A DNA stretch of 64,000 bases. It comes from a virus (taxonomy: Duplodnaviria; Caudoviricetes). The stretch lies in the IMG/VR virus record IMGVR_UViG_3300010049_000011, positions 81,123 to 145,122 of that record. One strand, 5' to 3'. The position numbers were made by a program, and so were the translations under genes. Under the pieces are notes generated by a model. It made no database searches and had not been told where the DNA came from. It saw nothing but the letters and a program-made list of their open reading frames with translations. Position 1 is the stretch's first letter, and the number at the start of each line of letters is the position of its first letter. This document shows, in pieces, positions 8,618 through 18,775 of the stretch.

Positions 8618-10251
8618 TGCAGATGGTAGCGACTAAAGTTCTCTTCGGAAAAGAGGCTCAGGATAAACTAATAGAGGGAATCGAGCTCGTCCATAACGCG
8701 GTCTCTTCGACTCTAGGGCCTGGAGGTCGTTGTGTTCCTATTATGGTAAGCAATGCTCTCAACTTTAAGATCAGCAAAGATGGAGTTAGCGTGGCTAAAT
8801 GTATCTCCTCTAGAGATGCGGCGGTCAATGTTGGTGTTAGACTGATCAAGCATGCAGCAGAAACCGCAGGTAGAGTGGGAGACGGAACGACGACAGCTAC
8901 AGTTCTCGCATACTCTCTAATTAGAGAGGCCCAGAAATATATAGTTCCTGGTACTAACGTAAACTCCTTGACGGAGGGAATAGATCTCGAACTCACGAGA
9001 GTCCTAAACTATCTAGACGATAAGAAAGTTAAGATTGATATAAGCAGCTCTATGCTTGATCATGTGGCGGCAGTTTCTTGTAATGGAGACATTAAATCTT
9101 CTTCGATAGTCGTCGAGGCTATTAGATTCGCCGGAGAAGACGGGTCTGTTGTAGTCGAAAAATGTCCCGAGTACCAACACACACAGATCAAGAAGGTTGA
9201 AGGGATGAAATTCGCTAAGGGTTTGTTCTCGTCCAACTTCGTAAACACTCCTGAATCTGGAGAAGCTGTATACGAAGATGGTATAATCTTAGTGACGGAT
9301 AAGTCGATAGTGTCTAAGAACTCCCTCATGCCTTTATTAAGAGAGCTTGCAGGATCTAACACTCCAGTTGCAATAGTCTGTCCTAAACTGTCTGGAGAGG
9401 CCCTCGAGTTTTTATCTTTCAATAGGTTAAAATCAAATCTCCCTGTAGCGGCTATCTTGGCTCCTGGGATTGAGGGGTCGGAACACCAGAAAGAAATCCT
9501 AAAAGACATAGCGGCCTACACAGGAGGAACTTTCATCTCCTCTGAGACAGGGTACTCCAGTATAGAGACTGTTAAGATCTCTAATCTAGGGAAATTCCGC
9601 AAGATAGTTTCTTCGAGAGGAGATCACCCCGAGACCACCATCCTTGGCACTACAGACTCTACGATACAAGCAGTAAGAGACGATCGAATACTTCTTCTTA
9701 AGTCCCAGAAAGAAGCAGCTACTAATACGTTCGACAAGGAAAGGTTCGCTGAGAGAATCGGTTGCCTTAGCAGCGGAATAGCTGTGATCCAGGTTGGAGC
9801 TAAAACAGAACAAGAAATCCCTGAGATAAAAGACCGTATAGACGACGCTTTGTGCTCAGTTAGATCGGCTCTGAGAGATGGAGTGCTTCCTGGAGGTGGT
9901 TCCTCTCTGATCTCTGCAAAAAGTTCTCTCGGGAAACCCTCAGACTCCGATAGGGATGTAGAGAGCGGTAAGATGGTCCTCTGGAATGCTTTAGAGTCCC
10001 CTCTCAGGGTGATAATGGCGAACGTGGGAATATCCTTCGACGAGTATAAGAAGGATCTGCAATCGTGCGACTTTGGTCTCGGTTATAATGCTAAATCTAA
10101 GAAGATGAGTAATCTCATAGAAGATGGAGTTATGGATTCCTTTGGGGTTGTGTCTTCCTCCCTAAAAGCAGCAGTAAGTACCGCAACGCTTATTCTTAAA
10201 TCCTCTGCTCTTATATGTCCTGACATAGACATTAGTGGGATTGAGGGGTAG
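8617..10251 (+). CDS. groEL: Chaperonin GroEL (divergent, phage-encoded)
   Basis: TLGPGGR, ISKDGVSVAK, GDGTTTATVLA, EGMKF, KDRIDDAL, GVLPGGG; 544 aa; no GGM tail. Confidence 0.97.
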   Translation: MQMVATKVLFGKEAQDKLIEGIELVHNAVSSTLGPGGRCVPIMVSNALNFKISKDGVSVAKCISSRDAAVNVGVRLIKHAAETAGRVGDGTTTATVLAYSLIREAQKYIVPGTNVNSLTEGIDLELTRVLNYLDDKKVKIDISSSMLDHVAAVSCNGDIKSSSIVVEAIRFAGEDGSVVVEKCPEYQHTQIKKVEGMKFAKGLFSSNFVNTPESGEAVYEDGIILVTDKSIVSKNSLMPLLRELAGSNTPVAIVCPKLSGEALEFLSFNRLKSNLPVAAILAPGIEGSEHQKEILKDIAAYTGGTFISSETGYSSIETVKISNLGKFRKIVSSRGDHPETTILGTTDSTIQAVRDDRILLLKSQKEAATNTFDKERFAERIGCLSSGIAVIQVGAKTEQEIPEIKDRIDDALCSVRSALRDGVLPGGGSSLISAKSSLGKPSDSDRDVESGKMVLWNALESPLRVIMANVGISFDEYKKDLQSCDFGLGYNAKSKKMSNLIEDGVMDSFGVVSSSLKAAVSTATLILKSSALICPDIDISGIEG

Positions 10252-10308
10252 AGTTCGCTAGCGAACTTTCTAAATAATGCGTAATAATCAGTGGTTTTGA
10301 GCTAATTT

Positions 10309-10974
10309 ATGGATCACAATAAGAACCTTCGAAGTGAAGTGATAAATAGATCGGCTCTTTACCAATCTGAGCTTAGAGACAGAGCAATACGTATGTACGG
10401 CATTAAGGTCTCCCATAAGAGGCCTAAAGAAGACCCTAAATATCAGGGCGTGTATACAGACTATGACAACGAGACGGAATTTGAGACTAAAGAGGTGTAT
10501 GTACATCCTCAATTCAAAGAATACTACTCTGTAATAAACGAAGCAGGATATAACGCAGAGGACAACTACCCTCTAACAGTCTCTATAATGTCTAAGGAAT
10601 ACGTTCCAGAGAACTCGAGATTTATTATAGACAGGCTCGGAGATAACGGCGAGACGTACAATCAAGAATGGAAGGTACTGTCGACAGAAGTAAAACAGAT
10701 CGACGGGACTTATTCAAGGATAGCTTCCTGTGTTCCCGCGAGGACCAACAAAACTCGAACGAGTCGCTTAGGTCTAGTTGTCGCTCGGTTCGATATCTCT
10801 TCAGTAGAGATGCACTCATCTAAGAACGCATCTACAGATAACGTGCAATTAGCTCCGATCGAGGAAAGGTTTATATTTAATCTTGAGACTGGGGTGCAGA
10901 GAACCGACCACAGACTGAGGCCTTTAATGGTTCGGTTCTCGGCCCGCATAAGACAACCATCAATACTAGCATAA
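10309..10974 (+). CDS. Putative neck/head-closure protein (T4 gp14-like)
   Basis: AIRMYGIKV N-terminus, beta-rich body, position near portal. Confidence 0.4.
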   Translation: MDHNKNLRSEVINRSALYQSELRDRAIRMYGIKVSHKRPKEDPKYQGVYTDYDNETEFETKEVYVHPQFKEYYSVINEAGYNAEDNYPLTVSIMSKEYVPENSRFIIDRLGDNGETYNQEWKVLSTEVKQIDGTYSRIASCVPARTNKTRTSRLGLVVARFDISSVEMHSSKNASTDNVQLAPIEERFIFNLETGVQRTDHRLRPLMVRFSARIRQPSILA

Positions 10975-10983
10975 GGAATTAAT

Positions 10984-11394
10984 ATGTCTGGACTAACAAA
11001 CACAGCTCGCGATGCTATACTAAATTGGGTCGCTCTAGGGAATTCTGGAGAGTTTCTCCCCCCTAAGAATCTAACGGTGGGACTTTTCCTCGAGGATCCG
11101 ACCCCCGGAAACGTGGGGGTGGAGGTATCTACTGAGAATACAGGGTACCAGCGCATGTCTATGTCTTTTATCCCTGGCCTGAATCCAGGTTCCGTCCGAA
11201 ACGGGAGTGCGATTATATATCCTCAGGCGACCTCTAACTGGGGTATTGTAAAGTTCGTTGGAGTATTCGGAGTTATAGACGATACTAACGTAGAGCAGCT
11301 ACTCTTTTACACCAACTTAATCTCTCCGACTGAGGTTCCTGTTGGAGCTGTTACGTCGTTTAACCCAGGAAATCTGGAAATATCTTTGGTCTAA
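10984..11394 (+). CDS. Virion (tail/fibre-associated) structural protein
   Basis: VGLF..DP.....EVS...GYQR....F...NGSAIIYPQATSNWG.V..VGVF...LLFY..L pattern of a common small phage tail protein. Confidence 0.65.
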   Translation: MSGLTNTARDAILNWVALGNSGEFLPPKNLTVGLFLEDPTPGNVGVEVSTENTGYQRMSMSFIPGLNPGSVRNGSAIIYPQATSNWGIVKFVGVFGVIDDTNVEQLLFYTNLISPTEVPVGAVTSFNPGNLEISLV

Positions 11395-11565
11395 GAGGCG
11401 TATTGTGGATAAACAGAATCTATTAGAGCAGCTTGGAGTGTCCCAGGCCCCTGTTCAAGAACAAATAGTTAAGATAAACGAGACAGGTACTCACGTAGCC
11501 TACCTGAACGAGGACTCTCAGATGGTTGTTAAAACGATCCTCAACGGTTAAGGAAGGATTTAGTT

Positions 11566-12027
11566 TTGAACCCTCTAGTATTGTCTTATTATGCGTCAGT
11601 TAAAAATCTAAGAGATGAAAAACACTCTTACGTTTTCGCATTCAGGTTTTACAACTACATAATCGAGTGCGATGTACCGTTTGCTAGAGGGGATGTGTTA
11701 GAGATAATCTCCCTTGAATGCGGAGATAAGTACAAGAAGATTACTGTAAAAGTTAAGGAAGATTTTCAAGGAGACAGAAAGACCTTGAAAACATTAATAT
11801 TTACATCTGTTCGCATGATATATAGTAGGTATAGTTCTTTTGACTTTGTCTCTAGAGATGTGTCTAAGCTAGATCTTTACGATAAATCAGAATTTTTAAT
11901 TAATCACAATCTGTCTGTTGTTTGTGCGGTTTTAGTCGCGGAAGGTAAGCATGTTGCCACCCTGGTGGATAAATACCTAAAGAACAAGCTACAGTTAAAG
12001 TATGACCTTAAATTTATAGAGGTATAA
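11566..12027 (+). CDS. Hypothetical protein
   Basis: ORF with SD directly upstream of portal. Confidence 0.55.
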   Translation: MNPLVLSYYASVKNLRDEKHSYVFAFRFYNYIIECDVPFARGDVLEIISLECGDKYKKITVKVKEDFQGDRKTLKTLIFTSVRMIYSRYSSFDFVSRDVSKLDLYDKSEFLINHNLSVVCAVLVAEGKHVATLVDKYLKNKLQLKYDLKFIEV

Positions 12028-12029
12028 GT

Positions 12030-13757
12030 ATGTCGAAGATAATAGACCAAATCAGGGGCCTCTCTAAGAGATCTACAATAATTGAGGGCCTCTCTTACAA
12101 TGCTAAATCTAAAACGGCAACCGTAGGGGTAGACAATAAGTACCTCAACAACTTAAAAGAGTTTGCTCGTAGACAAGGTCTAGACATTAAGACCGATAGG
12201 GAAGGTAAATATATAACAATCCCTGGAGGATACTCTAGAGATGAGCAGAACTCCTTTATATCTGATTGGCTTACCTCGTTCAATCTTCCTGGGACTGAAG
12301 TAGTTAAATCTTATTACGACGCTTACGACCTTATGGATTCCAACGTCAGTTTGATAACCTTAGCTCTCGATACTTACGCAGATGAAGCTCTGTCTGTTGG
12401 GTTCCTCGACAACGACCCTCTCAAGATAGAGATATCTGATAAAGAGATTCAGGAGAAAGTAGAGAAGGTACTAGATATTAATAAGTACTATAAGAAACAG
12501 CGTGGTATAGTTAGATCTCTCGCCAAATACGGGGACATAGGAATCGAGTTACAACCGGAAGGGGTAGTGTCTGAAGAGCATAGTATTAAGTTAACAACTA
12601 GGAGAGCGACTTTAATCACCCCTATCGTGATGGATGACTCAGAAGTAATCTCTTCTTTCAAAATTAAGATGGATCTAAAGCGTCTGTCGCGCCTCAGGAA
12701 CTTTACTAAGACACGCTCTGAGAGAGTGGTTCAATCCTACGACTTTGCCTACTATTCCCTTTACGACGAAGAACTGTTCCCGTACGGTCGGTCTATGCTG
12801 TATAACGCCAAACCTATAGCTGACCAGCTTACAACTCTAGAGACTCTTCTGGCTCTTGGCCGCGCTAATAATGTAAATCGCTTAATTATTAAGGTTCCCG
12901 CTCCTGAAGGAGACGCTGTTGAAGCCTTCGAGAAAGTCTCGCAAGTTAAAGGGATGTATAAAAACACTCTGTTCGACGAACCTAACCTAGGTCAGAAGGC
13001 TGGTAGGAAGATTCCGGGTGTGAACGAGATACTTTGGATGCCTAATACCGAAGGGTTCGATATATCGAACCTAAAAGTCGATGTTAATATGGCAGACACT
13101 GCTGACGTTGACCATTTTGAAAATAAATTAAAAGACGCCACGAGGCTGCCCAAGGGCTTCTTCTCGGGTGATGAAGTAACTTCCCGAGGGGGTGCATTAG
13201 CCGAACAAGACTTGAAGTTCTCTCGGTTACTCCTCACGCTCCAGGACGCGTATTGTGAGGGAGTAGCTGATCTTGTTCTCCGAATAATCCTTAAACTGGG
13301 ATGTGAGATTACAGACGATCTAGAGATTAAAGTCTCCCTAGAGAAACCGATACAGCTCTCTGCAGACATGATCGCTCAATTCTCAGATAAGATTAATCTC
13401 GCTAAAGAATTCCTCAGCCTGAACTCTGAAATAACGGCAGTTCCAGGGCAGGAATCCCCCAAACCTATGGTGCAATCTAACGCTTATCAGCTCCTACAGC
13501 TTCTCGGTATACCCGAACAGATAGCTAAGTTGGTTACATCTGTGGGTGCCCTCGAAGTTATGCCTAAGGCCCAGGATAATTTCCTGCTAGGCCAGAAGGT
13601 TGCAATATCTGAAGGTAGTAAGAACGAAAGCAAGAATAAAGACGTAAAGGATTCTGGGTACTCAATAAGAGTCCCGATTACATCTTATACTTTAAAGTGT
13701 AAGGACACTGCTCCTAAGACTCTGATAGAATCGTGCCGAAATCCTGTAAAGGTCTAG
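12030..13757 (+). CDS. Portal protein (T4 gp20-like)
   Basis: ALDTYADE, PYGRSML..A.....QL..LE......R, DVDHF..KL.....LPK.F, QDLKFSR....LQ motifs. Confidence 0.88.
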   Translation: MSKIIDQIRGLSKRSTIIEGLSYNAKSKTATVGVDNKYLNNLKEFARRQGLDIKTDREGKYITIPGGYSRDEQNSFISDWLTSFNLPGTEVVKSYYDAYDLMDSNVSLITLALDTYADEALSVGFLDNDPLKIEISDKEIQEKVEKVLDINKYYKKQRGIVRSLAKYGDIGIELQPEGVVSEEHSIKLTTRRATLITPIVMDDSEVISSFKIKMDLKRLSRLRNFTKTRSERVVQSYDFAYYSLYDEELFPYGRSMLYNAKPIADQLTTLETLLALGRANNVNRLIIKVPAPEGDAVEAFEKVSQVKGMYKNTLFDEPNLGQKAGRKIPGVNEILWMPNTEGFDISNLKVDVNMADTADVDHFENKLKDATRLPKGFFSGDEVTSRGGALAEQDLKFSRLLLTLQDAYCEGVADLVLRIILKLGCEITDDLEIKVSLEKPIQLSADMIAQFSDKINLAKEFLSLNSEITAVPGQESPKPMVQSNAYQLLQLLGIPEQIAKLVTSVGALEVMPKAQDNFLLGQKVAISEGSKNESKNKDVKDSGYSIRVPITSYTLKCKDTAPKTLIESCRNPVKV

Positions 13758-13759
13758 GC

Positions 13760-14092
13760 ATGAAGCTTCCGGATCTCTTTATTCTTAGGTTCAATCCCGA
13801 CGATAACTTAAACCAGGTTAGTATAGAGGATCCCTTAAACAAACAGAGGTTTAGATATGGGTTCGAACCTTTCTTCTTCGCTTTAGGGGGGAAATTAACC
13901 GAGGACTTAATTGACAAGGTTAAGAGCCTACTGTTTGGGGGAGAGCAAGTAATAATAAACTACGATGCTGGGAAGATCTACAGAGAGAAGAAGAGCGACA
14001 CACCTCCCGAACTACAATTCTTCCTAAACGAGATGAAAGAATTTAGAGAAGACATAGATTCTGGAAATAAAAAAGGAGTTACACAATGGTAA
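13760..14092 (+). CDS. Hypothetical protein
   Basis: ORF between portal and protease. Confidence 0.5.
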   Translation: MKLPDLFILRFNPDDNLNQVSIEDPLNKQRFRYGFEPFFFALGGKLTEDLIDKVKSLLFGGEQVIINYDAGKIYREKKSDTPPELQFFLNEMKEFREDIDSGNKKGVTQW

Positions 14093-14382
14093 GGTTGGTA
14101 CCAACGGCTACTACTAAGACTTTAGTGTTAAACACTAAAACTCTAACAGAGGAGGAGAAGAGAGATTTAGACGCCATCCTCAGGGACGTCTTCTCCTCAG
14201 AGAAGGGTAACAAGTTTTACGATAACGTGTCCTACATGAGAGAGAACTCTAAGACGTGGGATTTCTTGTTTCCTGACGAAACTCCCGCAATATATGTTCC
14301 GATTAGAGATATGTTTTATAAACTGGATCCGGACCTACAGTTTCTTATTATGGGATATATAGTCTCTCGTCGGCAGTTCTAA
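14086..14382 (+). CDS. Hypothetical protein
   Basis: ORF with AAGGAG SD. Confidence 0.55.
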   Translation: MVRLVPTATTKTLVLNTKTLTEEEKRDLDAILRDVFSSEKGNKFYDNVSYMRENSKTWDFLFPDETPAIYVPIRDMFYKLDPDLQFLIMGYIVSRRQF

Positions 14383-14432
14383 ATCCTAGGATATTCCCTC
14401 TATTATGTCGTTCTCTCTAGGTATATACATCA

Positions 14433-15968
14433 GTGTCTAAAGAAATTCTCATCGAATCCAGTGGATTCTCTGTAGGTCTATCTGACTTCGAGTCCTCTAA
14501 ATCCCTAGTCGAATCTGTTGACGGAAATAAGCCCTTCCTAATAAAGAGGGTGCCTTGTTCTATACTCAATAAAAACACTCTCAATGGTAGGTTTTATTCC
14601 ACAGACGTTGTTAAAGCGTCTTTAATAAAAGCTGTTGAGGCTATGAAAGCTAAACGCCTGATATGCCAGGGGGATGATCACCCAGTAAAGACATCTTATG
14701 TAAAACCCACACACACCTCGCACGTAGTCGTCAATGCTTGGGTCGAACCTCTTAAGAATAAAAGAGGGGAGACTAACGACGTCTTGTTTAACGATTGGTT
14801 GATAATCCCTACTGTCGAGGGGGATAATCTTAAAGCGCTTATAACTTCTGGGGTATCTTTTGGTACATCGATCAGAGGTCTGGGGGAAGTTGTCGGAGGA
14901 AAAGTCTCGGACTACGAGTTCCTAGGAACCGATGTAGTAGGGAATCCTGCGTCTGGTACCTTCTCTGAAATGTATGACGGGTCTAAAATGGTTGTTGAGT
15001 CCTGCGAGACGGATGAGGCTGTAAAGTCTTTGACTGAAGAGGCTAACGTCTATTCCTCGGAAGAGACCGCAAACGTCGAAGGCGAGTGGGCTGAGAATCT
15101 AGCCAATAACGAGGGAGGAGACGTAAACCTCTCTAGTGTTGCTGAGAAGGTCGAAGTTGAGATTGAAAACTCTCCTGGAACCACGGTTGAAATAAAGACC
15201 GAAAAAGAAATTACTAACTCTACTATAGATAAATCTAGCTCTGAAGGAAATACCATGGACGCTGTAAACAATGTAGCTGCTTCCGAGAACGCTCTCGAGA
15301 ACGGCACAAAAGTGGAAGTCAATATGGGTGACGGTAAGGTAGCGACTGGCGATGTTATTTCGACTGTCCCTGCGTCTGACGGTGAACCCGAAAAGGCTTT
15401 CGTAAAGATAGATTCAATCGTGAACACTGAAGGTTCTGCCAAAAACGACGGCGCTGCACTTAATGCGGCCCTCGATAACGCGAACATTGCTATGCGTGAT
15501 CTTGAGAATCTGAAGATCGAAAACGCCGCTCTTAACAATACTGTGAAAGATAAAGAATCTGAGATCAATAATCTCGGTGAATCCGTCAAGAAGCTCTCTA
15601 AGCTTCTTGAAGCTGCTCTCTTGAAAGCCGCTGAGGTTCGTAAAGAATTCGGGGACCGCAACTTCGAGCAATACGAAGATGCTGTGAACGACTGGGCTGA
15701 GAAAGAGACTAAAAGGGCCGTAGCAAATAACGCTAAGCTCTTACATGAAGCTATGCTGCATGCCCGCACACTCCATCGCGACCTTATGGAGCGCTACGAG
15801 GAAGTCACAGAAGCTCTTAAAGAGACTACCGCAGTCCGTAACGCAGCTATCCGCGTAGCGAACACCGTTACGACTGAGATGCAGAAAGTCCGTGCCCTTA
15901 ACAACAAGCGTTTCAATCGCGTAGAGTCTTACGCTGAGAAGATCCGCAACAAGAAAATGGGAGGCTAA
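14433..15968 (+). CDS. Prohead protease (T4 gp21-like) fused to an acidic/coiled-coil scaffold-like C-terminus
   Basis: NGRFYS, DHP, SHVV, T.EG..LKALI..GV.FG.SIRGLG, DVV.NPA; then about 300 aa of acidic and coiled-coil sequence. Confidence 0.88.
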   Translation: MSKEILIESSGFSVGLSDFESSKSLVESVDGNKPFLIKRVPCSILNKNTLNGRFYSTDVVKASLIKAVEAMKAKRLICQGDDHPVKTSYVKPTHTSHVVVNAWVEPLKNKRGETNDVLFNDWLIIPTVEGDNLKALITSGVSFGTSIRGLGEVVGGKVSDYEFLGTDVVGNPASGTFSEMYDGSKMVVESCETDEAVKSLTEEANVYSSEETANVEGEWAENLANNEGGDVNLSSVAEKVEVEIENSPGTTVEIKTEKEITNSTIDKSSSEGNTMDAVNNVAASENALENGTKVEVNMGDGKVATGDVISTVPASDGEPEKAFVKIDSIVNTEGSAKNDGAALNAALDNANIAMRDLENLKIENAALNNTVKDKESEINNLGESVKKLSKLLEAALLKAAEVRKEFGDRNFEQYEDAVNDWAEKETKRAVANNAKLLHEAMLHARTLHRDLMERYEEVTEALKETTAVRNAAIRVANTVTTEMQKVRALNNKRFNRVESYAEKIRNKKMGG

Positions 15969-15970
15969 CC

Positions 15971-16474
15971 ATGTCTAAACGTATTAACCTGAAGTCTCTC
16001 GCGGAGAACTACGAAGCTGGTAAAAAAGCTATCTCTGAAGCTGCCGAGAAGAAAGCTCTAGCAGAGTCTTTTGAAGCTAAATCTGGTGAGGTGTGGAAAC
16101 TTCCTAACGAATCTGTTATGCGTAAGTTCGTGAACGGGTACGCGACGAACGGAAACGAAATCACAGTTCCAGCTGGTACTGAAGTTCTTGTTGTCGAACA
16201 ACCTCGTGCCGGAACCAACTCTTATAAGGTGGCCTATAATAACACGATGTGGTTGGTCGATCCTGAGAACAGACTCGTTGTTACAGAATCTACTGAGGAC
16301 GAAGACTCCGCAGAAGAAGGCGAAATTCGTTATCTGGTGGGAGAGATCGAGAGGGCTTGTAAAGTCCTTAAGGATTCCGTGAATAAAGGGAACTACGAGG
16401 CAGCTACTACCCCTACGAGGCTGCTCTACAACTATTGTTCCGACATTCTTCCTTTGTTGAGTAGAGTTTCCTAA
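15971..16474 (+). CDS. Putative prohead core / internal head protein
   Basis: Follows the protease, strong SD, repeated (L/I/V)xE motifs (SLAEN, AISEA, ALAES, VVTES). Confidence 0.5.
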   Translation: MSKRINLKSLAENYEAGKKAISEAAEKKALAESFEAKSGEVWKLPNESVMRKFVNGYATNGNEITVPAGTEVLVVEQPRAGTNSYKVAYNNTMWLVDPENRLVVTESTEDEDSAEEGEIRYLVGEIERACKVLKDSVNKGNYEAATTPTRLLYNYCSDILPLLSRVS

Positions 16475-16495
16475 GTCTTCACGAAACCACTTAAG

Positions 16496-16521
16496 AAGCC
16501 CTGCCTCCGGTGGGGCTTTTT
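16496..16521 (+). terminator. Rho-independent terminator
   Basis: AAGCCCTGCC-TCC-GGTGGGGCTT followed by a T run. Confidence 0.8.
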
Positions 16522-16565
16522 CGTTTACCCTTCTACGTGTTTGGGTCACTACTTTAGGAGGAGTT

Positions 16566-16802
16566 ATGGTAAAAGTTTCCACTTTGATTTTTTGCTTGTT
16601 GCTTGGTTTCTTCACGGGGTATTCTTTCGGTGTTAGTCCGTCGATCTATTTCTTGAACGATAACATTATACACAAGAACGCTGTTGCAGAGTACTGTTAC
16701 AATCTTCTTAAGTCTTCTCACGGCAGTGCTGCGTTTTCTCGACACGTTATAGATTGTGACGACACGCTGCGTAAGATAGAGGAGGGAACCTATGAAAATT
16801 AA
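16566..16802 (+). CDS. Small membrane/exported hypothetical protein
   Basis: AGGAGGAG SD, hydrophobic N-terminus. Confidence 0.55.
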   Translation: MVKVSTLIFCLLLGFFTGYSFGVSPSIYFLNDNIIHKNAVAEYCYNLLKSSHGSAAFSRHVIDCDDTLRKIEEGTYEN

Positions 16803-17277
16803 AGTATCTAAAAAGTCCCCTTGCCTAGAGATAATCAACGTAGACTACGTGGACGTAAAAGGAAACAAAAACAAACTAGTCGACGTTTATCTACAGGTTC
16901 CTGGGTTACAAGACGTAAACGGGTGTGGTGTGTTTCTGGGAAGTCTAGTTTACCCTCTCAAGAAATTCCTTTGTGAGACAAAGAGGTATCCCGCCGAGAA
17001 TGCTTTCTTCGGGGAAGAATCTGTAGAGAAGGAGGTTCCTTTACCTGAAGGGTTCGAGAATGTCTGTGAGAAGCAAGTAGGAAAAGACGAAAGGATCTAT
17101 CGTTGGGCCTTCGATTCAAGGGAACCTCCTCTACAGGTTGTGTACTCTAAGAACAGATTTGGGTTTTGTCTCAGAGATAGAAAAGGTAATCTTTCTAGGC
17201 TTAACTTTAAAGATCTTTATTTCGTCGCAGGCCACAAGATCTCTGAAATCGAGAAGGTAAAACGTGAATACTCCTAA
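16792..17277 (+). CDS. Hypothetical protein
   Basis: Coupled ORF with SD. Confidence 0.55.
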   Translation: MKIKVSKKSPCLEIINVDYVDVKGNKNKLVDVYLQVPGLQDVNGCGVFLGSLVYPLKKFLCETKRYPAENAFFGEESVEKEVPLPEGFENVCEKQVGKDERIYRWAFDSREPPLQVVYSKNRFGFCLRDRKGNLSRLNFKDLYFVAGHKISEIEKVKREYS

Positions 17278-18160
17278 ATTATTTATACAGGCGGGGATAA
17301 GTGGAACGGGAAAGGGGGTAAGAGTATCCAGCCTCCTGGAATTTCTTAAGACCAAATTCGCTTGTGAATCTTACGTGATAGAGGAGTGTAACGGGTTCTT
17401 GTTCAAGAACCCTCCTCAGATAGCCGTAACCTTCCCGGAGATTAAGGTCGCCTTTATCGGGAAGTGGGTTAGATCTAATAAGGGAGAGAGGTTAATATCT
17501 TTCCAGGGTTTAGACGCCTACTCGTTCGATGGAGGAAAATCCTATCCGGCACTATGCGAGTACTTCTTGTCTAGAGGGTTCCATCTATTCGTAGAGGGTT
17601 ATTTTGCATTTAACGCTAGGATGGTTAACTTCCTTAAGGCAATCGGGTACTTACTTAACGACAGAAGCATACCTGAGTTTGCAGGAAATAAGTATTTTCC
17701 GAGCATAGTGCATTGGTTGTACTCCGACGTCGAAGAACTCCAACAGAGAATGCTTCAGAGGTCTGGGTCTCGTATAAAGGGAACTTGTTGGGGAGACAAT
17801 AAATCCTGCAATAAACCTGAGAACCAGAAGATCCGTTTGAAAGAAATGCAGGAATTTTCTTGGGGAGAAGGCCGAGGGATCGTAACTCCCGTAGAATACT
17901 CTTTTAAGAACGCTCAGGAAGACCCCATCTATTACGGAATGGTGTGTCTCGCGAAGATTGGTTACTCAGACCTCGCAAAACAGTACGCAGAGTCTGGAAT
18001 AAACACTCACAGGTCCGTGAACGATCCTGAAGGGAACTCTAAGTATTCTAGGAATATCCCTACGGACTCTTCTACGATCCATCGGATTAAAATCTCCGAC
18101 AAACTTTGCAACGAAATATTTACCAATCCCCGTGGTGGGGTTAAAAAGAAGGAGGCGTAA
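17264..18160 (+). CDS. P-loop kinase resembling 5-hydroxymethyluracil DNA kinase (5-HMUDK / Ploopntkinase1 type)
   Basis: GISGTGKG Walker A, then FIGKW...QGLD...LFVEG and R...RSG lid, the pattern of kinases linked to T hypermodification; consistent with the AADT/PLP genes nearby. Confidence 0.65.
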   Translation: MNTPKLFIQAGISGTGKGVRVSSLLEFLKTKFACESYVIEECNGFLFKNPPQIAVTFPEIKVAFIGKWVRSNKGERLISFQGLDAYSFDGGKSYPALCEYFLSRGFHLFVEGYFAFNARMVNFLKAIGYLLNDRSIPEFAGNKYFPSIVHWLYSDVEELQQRMLQRSGSRIKGTCWGDNKSCNKPENQKIRLKEMQEFSWGEGRGIVTPVEYSFKNAQEDPIYYGMVCLAKIGYSDLAKQYAESGINTHRSVNDPEGNSKYSRNIPTDSSTIHRIKISDKLCNEIFTNPRGGVKKKEA

Positions 18161-18741
18161 TGGATTGGGGGTACATACTTCTCTCTTTAGGAATTATTTG
18201 TGCGGGAGTTAGTTTGGTTAAGTGGGGTCTAGATCAGAAACACCCTGCTTACTACATTATAGGTTATAACAACAAATATCCCATAGGAATCTTAGGAATA
18301 GGAGACAATTTCTTCTACGATACCGAGTATTTAAAAAGCTTCACCTTCAAATTCTGGGCCAATAGATACCTAAAGGTCTTGGTTAATAGGCGGAAGAGTA
18401 GGAGTATGGAATCTAAGTATGAGGTTATATACTTGAGAGACTCCACAGACCTTGTGTCTGAGACGAGTAAAATAAGGGAGGAGAGCTTGAGAAAACATAG
18501 AGAGTGTAATGGAGCGTTCTTCGGGGAAGAACCTAAACCAGAACCTATATTAAGGAAGTGGAGGCCCGCAACTATTCCCTCCGGGGTAAAGAAGGGTTCT
18601 CTAAAGAGGATCTTGAGTAAAGATCTACCTAAGAAGAAAAGAGTCAGTAGATCTCCTGCTGTGAAAATTATTTCCCTAGCGGATCTTAAAGGTAAGAAGC
18701 TCGGAGTTACTAAGGCAGGAGTGCTTAAACTCGTAAGTTAA
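18160..18741 (+). CDS. Hypothetical membrane-anchored basic protein
   Basis: N-terminal TM segment, Lys-rich tail. Confidence 0.5.
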   Translation: MDWGYILLSLGIICAGVSLVKWGLDQKHPAYYIIGYNNKYPIGILGIGDNFFYDTEYLKSFTFKFWANRYLKVLVNRRKSRSMESKYEVIYLRDSTDLVSETSKIREESLRKHRECNGAFFGEEPKPEPILRKWRPATIPSGVKKGSLKRILSKDLPKKKRVSRSPAVKIISLADLKGKKLGVTKAGVLKLVS

Positions 18742-18775
18742 GTAAGTCTATTATCAGTGTCGAGGAGAATATCTA

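Noticed and set aside
15050-15769. Long antisense ORFs (also 4170-4754, 9060-9509, 29558-30064, 16058-16615)
   Set aside because: They are shadows of well-supported + strand genes, without SD or recognisable motifs.
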